Below are positions 27,016-32,000 of a stretch of DNA of 32,000 bases, piece after piece. Source of the DNA: Erysipelotrichaceae bacterium (GTDB lineage: Bacteria > Bacillota_I > Bacilli_A > Erysipelotrichales > Coprobacillaceae); assembly GCA_028698185.1 (NCBI GenBank), contig JAQVDW010000001.1, forward strand, positions 1-32,000. The letters run 5' to 3'. The translations under genes and the position numbers were made by a program. Below the pieces are notes generated by a model. That model ran no database searches. It had not been told where the DNA came from and was given only the letters and a program-made list of their open reading frames with translations. Positions within the stretch are counted from its first letter, which is position 1. Each line of letters begins with the position of its first letter.

Positions 27016-27075
27016 ATTATCCTCCACTACCGATCCTGTCCGGTGTTATATCAAAACAAAACTAAAATCGTGTGA

Positions 27076-27104
27076 ATTATATCAAAAAAAATTTCAAAAA
27101 ACAA
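27076..27104 (-). promoter_or_regulatory. Promoter of the panT-coaX operon
   Basis: On the minus strand: TTGTTT, 17 nt, TATAAT with a TGn extension (TGATATAAT). The leader to the ATG is about 60 nt. Confidence 0.5.
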
Positions 27105-27153
27105 CCTGAAAAACCTTTAGGGATATGCTAAAATGGAGTAAGAGGTGATCATA

Positions 27154-27705
27154 ATGAAAATTGCGGTTTTATGCAAAGATGGTTTTGAGGAATTGGAAGC
27201 TTTAGGAATTGTCGATATGGCCCGGCGTGTCAATGTCAAATGTGACATCGTTGGATTTTCCACCAGTGTGGTAAGGGGAAGTCATGGCATCAATATTGAA
27301 GCTGACTTGGATTTCGCGGCGGTAACAATGGATTATGATGCGATTGTTATTCCTGGGGGCATGCCTGGGGCACGACGTTTGCAAGAGGACGATACCGTAG
27401 TCGACCTGGTAAAAAAATACTATGAAAACGAAAAATTGGTTGGGGCGATATGCGCCGGGCCGATTGTATTGGCCAAAGCGGGAATCCTGGCAGGCAAGAC
27501 AGTGACATGCTATCCCGGTTTTGAAAAGGAACTGGATGGGGCAAATTATCAAGAAAGCCTGGTAATGGTTGATGGCAACATAGTAACAGCCAAAGGTCCG
27601 GCAGCCACATTTGCCTTCGCTTTTGCGATTCTCAATAAGCTTGGGGTTGACACAAGCGATCTTGAGGATGGAGTACAATACACCTATCTTAAATCCAATA
27701 TCTAG
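27154..27705 (+). CDS. DJ-1/PfpI family protein (YajL/ThiJ-like)
   Basis: Nucleophile-elbow motif AICAGP and the block VIPGGMPGA. ATG 27154 follows SD AGAGG. Confidence 0.85.
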   Translation: MKIAVLCKDGFEELEALGIVDMARRVNVKCDIVGFSTSVVRGSHGINIEADLDFAAVTMDYDAIVIPGGMPGARRLQEDDTVVDLVKKYYENEKLVGAICAGPIVLAKAGILAGKTVTCYPGFEKELDGANYQESLVMVDGNIVTAKGPAATFAFAFAILNKLGVDTSDLEDGVQYTYLKSNI

Positions 27706-27707
27706 TC

Positions 27708-27748
27708 AAAGAGGATTAAAAATGCGAAAATCATTTTTAATCCTCTTT
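27708..27748. terminator. Bidirectional intrinsic terminator between DJ-1 and the GNAT gene
   Basis: AAAGAGGATTAAAAATG-CGAAAAT-CATTTTTAATCCTCTTT: a long perfect stem between convergent stops. Confidence 0.8.
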
Positions 27749-27750
27749 GT

Positions 27751-28206
27751 TCATTTTACTATTTTGAATTGATAAATTTTCTCTTCTTCGCCCCATGGGT
27801 GGAAACCGCGGCCAAAATAGGTCAAACCGTATTTTTCATAATAATTGTCCAGATTGGTGCAAAGATAGAATTCCTGATAATCATTGGCGGTCAGGTCGTC
27901 CTTGATCCGTTCAATCAGTATGCTGCCGTAGTTGTTGCCCCGAGCCTGCTTTTCAATATAAAGTGAACAAAGCCAAGGGGAGAGATCCATACGCGAGATA
28001 AAATCGTTGGGCACAATCCCGGCACAGCCGATAATCTTGTCGCCGTCGAGCAGCAGGTACCAGTTAGGCAGGAATGTCGTCAATGAATGTTCGATGCAGT
28101 CGCGGTAGACCATCGAGTTTTCATCGTTGGCCCAGACTTTGCTGATGTACTCGATAAACACTTCCTTGTCCATTTCGTTGTCTTTGATTGAAATAACTTT
28201 AACCAT
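27751..28206 (-). CDS. GNAT-family N-acetyltransferase
   Basis: 151 aa. An acetyl-CoA-binding-like block (IEKQARGNNYGSILIE) sits in the usual position. SD AAAGGAG is present and the stop is TGA. Confidence 0.8.
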   Translation of the reverse strand: MVKVISIKDNEMDKEVFIEYISKVWANDENSMVYRDCIEHSLTTFLPNWYLLLDGDKIIGCAGIVPNDFISRMDLSPWLCSLYIEKQARGNNYGSILIERIKDDLTANDYQEFYLCTNLDNYYEKYGLTYFGRGFHPWGEEEKIYQFKIVK

Positions 28207-28229
28207 AAACTAATCACTCCTTTGATTAA

Positions 28230-28257
28230 ATTATACTCCATTTTCTATGCATTTGAA
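28230..28257 (-). promoter_or_regulatory. Candidate promoter of the GNAT gene
   Basis: On the minus strand: TTCAAA, 16 nt, TATAAT, about 20 nt upstream of the SD. Confidence 0.55.
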
Positions 28258-28278
28258 GAATTTTCCGGAATATATACA

Positions 28279-28794
28279 TTAAAAGTTACATATAACAATC
28301 TTGTTGAGGTAATGGATGACAATTATTATGAAGACGAATTCAATTATTCCTGTGTAATATCCGGTGAAAATAAGCATCAAAAATAAAAAACCGATAATGG
28401 AATCGAAAAAATAATCGCCAATTAAATGCATCTTTAATAGACAAATAAGGCCAAATGCACTAATATTAGGAAAGACTACATGAATAATGCTAGAAATATC
28501 CAAGTGTGAAATATTGTACGGGCAACAAAATCCAACCAGTGCCAAAACGTACATTGACCAGGCCAAGGCCTTTTGCTTCTTGGTAGGACTTGAAAAAATC
28601 AAAGCGCCATAAATATATGACGTTGTTGATAGAACCCAGCCATAATAGATCAACAGATATTCCCTGTGGTAAGACAAATAGGTGTAATTATCTAAAAATG
28701 GGTCGAATAGAAACAATAGCGCAAAAGAAAAAAGCCCGACAAAAAAACCGATAAGTTTAAAATTTTTCAGAAATGTTTTTGTAAATGTTTTCAT
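28279..28794 (-). CDS. Hypothetical polytopic membrane protein (about 5 TM helices), family not recognised
   Basis: 171-aa ORF that is strongly hydrophobic and Phe/Ile/Tyr-rich. There is no recognisable SD before the ATG, and I could not identify any motif. Confidence 0.45.
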   Translation of the reverse strand: MKTFTKTFLKNFKLIGFFVGLFSFALLFLFDPFLDNYTYLSYHREYLLIYYGWVLSTTSYIYGALIFSSPTKKQKALAWSMYVLALVGFCCPYNISHLDISSIIHVVFPNISAFGLICLLKMHLIGDYFFDSIIGFLFLMLIFTGYYTGIIEFVFIIIVIHYLNKIVICNF

Positions 28795-28920
28795 CGGAAT
28801 AATTTTACAATAATTTCGATATTCTTGTAAAGAGGCGAGTTTCTTAATTTATTTTTGACTATTATTATGGTATCATTAATTTAATGTAAGTTAACATATT
28901 ATAATTTGAAGAGGTAAAAT

Positions 28921-30606
28921 ATGAATAAAAATTTAATCAAAATACTGCCGTTAGGCGGTCAGGCCGAAATGGGCAAAAGCATGTACTGCTTTGAAATCAA
29001 CGGCAAGCTGCTGATTGTCGATGCCGGAATCAGATTCCCTGAAGTAAGCAAACTAGGCGTTGACATCATCATTCCCGATCTTAGCTACATCAAGGAAAAC
29101 AAGGGCCGTGTTGTGGGGATCATAATCACCCATGGACATGACGACGTTATGGCGGCCTTGCCTTATCTGCTTGAAGTCATCGACGCTCCGGTTTTTGCTC
29201 CAAGTCTTACAGGATATTTCATCGAACAGATGCTCGAAAAATTTGAAAAACAGTATAAAAAATCAATCAAACTTGATTTGCGAACCGTGGAAGGTTCAAG
29301 CAGTGTCAATGTCGGGGGCATCAGGGTCGAATTTTTCCCGGTAACCCATTCAATTCCTGGAGCTGTCGGACTGGCAATTGAAACCAAAGAAGGGTATATC
29401 GTCTACGGTTCGGAATTTTTAGTCGATCTGTCGGCTCCAAACGGATTCACTATCGATATGACAAAAATGATGGAAATCGGAAACAAAGGAGTGCTGGCGT
29501 TGATGGCGGAGAGTTCATATGCCAAAAACGAAGGATACACTTCGCCAAAACATAAATTGACCAACCAGATTGAACACACCTTTGAGGAAGCACAGGGCCG
29601 GATTATAATCACTTCTTATGCGCAAAACGTCTACCGGACCCGCGAAATAATCGAATTGTGTCGCAAGTATCATCGCAAACTTGTTTTCTATGGCCGTGAC
29701 AATTATGACACAACCAACACTTTGCTTAGAATCAACAACAAGATCAATCCGCCGATATTTGAAAACCTCAAAGAGGTTGTCGTCGACAAATCCCGGATTG
29801 CCAAAGACCAGAACCTGGTTGTTTTGCTCACAGGGGCGCCACATCGCATTTACCATGACCTGGTTGACTTGGTGGACGGGGGCGACGATCTGCTAAAATT
29901 CACCAAGGAAGACAGTGTCGTAGTGGCATCGCCGGTGATTCCCGGGACGGAAAAAATTGCAACCAAAGCCCAAAATGAATTGTTCAAGACACCGGCAAAC
30001 GTAAAAATTCTTAAAAACCGCCAATTGCCATCGATGCATGCATCGGCTGAGGATCTCAAGTTCATAATGCAGCTGTTCAAACCTAAATACTATATCCCAA
30101 TCAAGGGTGACTATTCCCACCTGATTGACAACCGGAATGTCGCTTTGTCGATGGGGCTCAATGATGACCGGATTGTCATCATCGACAACGGTGAACAGAT
30201 AACTTTCGAAGGGAAGAATCTGGCTGGGTATCGCGACACTTTCGAAATCCCGGATGTCATGATTGACGGAATCGGTATCGGCGATGTCGGGGAGAAGGTA
30301 ATTGACGACCGCATCCAGCTCTCAAGCGATGGTGTTGTAATTATCGGGGTCACAGTTGACGCAAAGACCCGCAAACTCCTTGCGAATACCGACATTCAAA
30401 CCCGCGGTTTCATCTACTTGCGTGACAGTGCCCATGTTATAAATGCGATGATGGATATCACAAACAAGACTGTCGAAAAATACGAAAACAATGCGGATGT
30501 CGAAGTCAATACAATCCGCTCACAAATCAAAGATAAAGTGGCGAAATATGTTTCTAAGGAAACTGGCAAACGTCCCGTTATATTACCGATTATTATTGAA
30601 ATATAG
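28921..30606 (+). CDS. rnj: Ribonuclease J paralog (metallo-beta-lactamase / beta-CASP) with degenerate catalytic motifs, RNase J2-like
   Basis: 561 aa with RNase J architecture: N-terminus ILPLGGQAEMGKSMY, a beta-CASP domain and a C-terminal domain. Motif II reads HGHDDV instead of HxHxDH, and motif C reads IPIKGDY instead of PIHGE. SD GAAGAGG is present. Confidence 0.85.
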   Translation: MNKNLIKILPLGGQAEMGKSMYCFEINGKLLIVDAGIRFPEVSKLGVDIIIPDLSYIKENKGRVVGIIITHGHDDVMAALPYLLEVIDAPVFAPSLTGYFIEQMLEKFEKQYKKSIKLDLRTVEGSSSVNVGGIRVEFFPVTHSIPGAVGLAIETKEGYIVYGSEFLVDLSAPNGFTIDMTKMMEIGNKGVLALMAESSYAKNEGYTSPKHKLTNQIEHTFEEAQGRIIITSYAQNVYRTREIIELCRKYHRKLVFYGRDNYDTTNTLLRINNKINPPIFENLKEVVVDKSRIAKDQNLVVLLTGAPHRIYHDLVDLVDGGDDLLKFTKEDSVVVASPVIPGTEKIATKAQNELFKTPANVKILKNRQLPSMHASAEDLKFIMQLFKPKYYIPIKGDYSHLIDNRNVALSMGLNDDRIVIIDNGEQITFEGKNLAGYRDTFEIPDVMIDGIGIGDVGEKVIDDRIQLSSDGVVIIGVTVDAKTRKLLANTDIQTRGFIYLRDSAHVINAMMDITNKTVEKYENNADVEVNTIRSQIKDKVAKYVSKETGKRPVILPIIIEI

Positions 30607-30628
30607 CAAGTGATACTTGCTATTTTTT
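30604..30628 (+). terminator. Rho-independent terminator (or attenuator) after rnj
   Basis: Stem TAGCAAGT / ACTTGCTA, 3-nt loop, T6 run. It overlaps the rnj stop and lies 15 nt upstream of the ftsK ATG. Confidence 0.6.
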
Positions 30629-30643
30629 CAAAAGGAGGAAAAA

Positions 30644-32000
30644 ATGGCAAAAAGAAGCAATAAGAAAAAGGCGAAGAACACGGGGGGGCACATTTCACCG
30701 GGGCTGGTCAATCGGGTGATCGGACTGACAGTCGCTTTTTTGTCAGGAATCGGCCTTTTCAAACTGGGTCTGGTCGGGACTGTTATTGATGGTGCCTTGA
30801 TCTACTTGTTTGGTTACTTTGGTTTTTTGATCTACGCTTTGGCCCTTGGTTATGCAATTACAATCATCTATCGGGGCACCCAGCCGGTTATGGTTACAAT
30901 CAAGATGGCTGGCCTTTATCTGGGACTTTTGGGGATGTTGCTTTTAACCTCGATACCTTCGAGTCTGGACGGGCTGGCTACCATCACTTCGTATTTGCAA
31001 GGTGATGTCATCAGCCACGGCGGCCTGATTGGCGTTACCTTCTTCTCCTTGCTGGGGATTTTGTTCGACGCCTCGGGCACCATTGCATTCAGTATTCTTT
31101 TGATTCTTTTGGGATTGGGAATCATTGCCGGAAAATCGTTCGTCGAGTATCAAAACAAGATCGTCAACCATTCCAAGCAAATCAAACAGAATATCAAGAA
31201 GAACATCTCCGAGAACCAGAAGGCAAGGCAAAAAGAAGATATCCGAAAGTTAAACGAGAAAATAATCAAGGACTACAATAACAACACTCCAAAGGCGCAA
31301 AACCAGGACCCAATTTCTTCGTCGGATACCAAAACGGAATTGCCGGTACCAACGTTGGTTGCACCTTCGAATCCGCCTCAATCAATAACCCCGGAAAAAC
31401 AGGAAATCGCCAAGGAAGAATTGACCTTCACCAAACCGGCGATGGTTAATCTCAATTATCAACTGCCACCAATTGGCCTGTTGAGCGAATCGAAAAACAA
31501 AAGTCCCAACCGCAATCGGGAAATGGCATTGAAAAACGCTGACCGGCTTGCGAAGGTCCTCCAGGAATTCGGGGTTGTCGCCAAGGTCAGTGATATTTTC
31601 ATCGGACCTTCGGTAACAAAGTTCGAACTGACTTTGGAACCGGGAACCCGGGTAAACAAGATCACGGCCCTCCATGACGATATAAAGCTCGCTTTGGCGA
31701 CCAAGGAGATCCGGATCGAGGCACCGATTCCTGGCAAGGCCGCCATCGGGATTGAGGTTGCCAACGAACAGTCAAGCACGGTGGCTTTCAAGGACGTCCT
31801 TAAAGATATTCCGTCCAATATGAAGGAAAACAAATTGCTGGTGGGTCTGGGAAAAGACATCTCCGGAAAATCGATTTTCGTGCCGTTAAACAAGACACCC
31901 CATCTGCTTGTGGCTGGAGCGACCGGATCAGGGAAATCGGTGTGCATCAATACAATCATCTGCTCGTTGCTGATGCGGGCGACCCCAGAAGAGGTGAAAC
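30644..32000 (+). CDS. ftsK: DNA translocase FtsK/SpoIIIE, 5' portion (continues past the window end)
   Basis: This ORF is absent from the track because it has no stop in the window. SD AAAGGAGG precedes ATG 30644. Hand translation gives MAKRSNKKKAKNTGGHISPGLVNRVIGLTVAFLSG... (N-terminal TM helices), then a linker, then ...PHLLVAGATGSGKSVCINTII (Walker A) at the window end. Confidence 0.9.
   Translation, partial: MAKRSNKKKAKNTGGHISPGLVNRVIGLTVAFLSGIGLFKLGLVGTVIDGALIYLFGYFGFLIYALALGYAITIIYRGTQPVMVTIKMAGLYLGLLGMLLLTSIPSSLDGLATITSYLQGDVISHGGLIGVTFFSLLGILFDASGTIAFSILLILLGLGIIAGKSFVEYQNKIVNHSKQIKQNIKKNISENQKARQKEDIRKLNEKIIKDYNNNTPKAQNQDPISSSDTKTELPVPTLVAPSNPPQSITPEKQEIAKEELTFTKPAMVNLNYQLPPIGLLSESKNKSPNRNREMALKNADRLAKVLQEFGVVAKVSDIFIGPSVTKFELTLEPGTRVNKITALHDDIKLALATKEIRIEAPIPGKAAIGIEVANEQSSTVAFKDVLKDIPSNMKENKLLVGLGKDISGKSIFVPLNKTPHLLVAGATGSGKSVCINTIICSLLMRATPEEVK

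Noticed and set aside
27016-27075. The ~60-nt panT-coaX leader contains a small hairpin (CACCG-GACAGGAT-CGGT-A-GTGG) that reaches the SD, which could suggest a riboswitch.
   Set aside because: The stem is only 4-5 bp with a bulge. It is far too small for any known riboswitch class and is compatible with chance, so I note it only as a weak possibility of SD occlusion.

Overview
This is an AT-rich, mostly housekeeping chromosomal segment from a low-GC Gram-positive or Mollicutes-like bacterium. It uses the standard genetic code, since TGA serves as a stop for several full-length genes. No BLAST, HMM or covariance search was possible, so every family assignment comes from motifs I recognise in the translations. 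Reading left to right, the window holds: the 3' end of a 5S rRNA with its terminator; a four-gene operon (GT4 glycosyltransferase, MprF-flippase-like UPF0104 membrane protein, a GT4 glycosyltransferase fused in frame to a full-length RecX, and the YhaM exoribonuclease); a minus-strand operon of two PrsA-like lipoproteins plus a HIT protein; an AI-2E/PerM permease; a complete sufCDSUB Fe-S cluster operon; 5-formyl-THF cyclo-ligase; and a MOP-family flippase. Directly after the flippase terminator sits a decayed group IIC intron, cut at its 3' side by an ISL3-family insertion sequence. Next comes a six-tRNA operon (Val-Thr-Tyr-Gln-Lys-Leu, minus strand) with a near-consensus promoter. It is followed by pgi, an S1-domain protein, a GAF-type free Met-R-sulfoxide reductase translationally coupled to a P-type ATPase, citrate synthase, ilvE, an ECF S-component plus coaX, DJ-1, a GNAT, an orphan membrane protein, an RNase J paralog with degenerate catalytic motifs, and the 5' part of ftsK. 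I found no CRISPR array, defence island, toxin-antitoxin pair or prophage. The most unusual item is the glycolipid-type GT4::RecX fusion and its gene context. The other findings are the intron/IS scar, the degenerate RNase J and PrsA paralogs, and a pair of TGTATACA palindromes bracketing the citrate synthase promoter.
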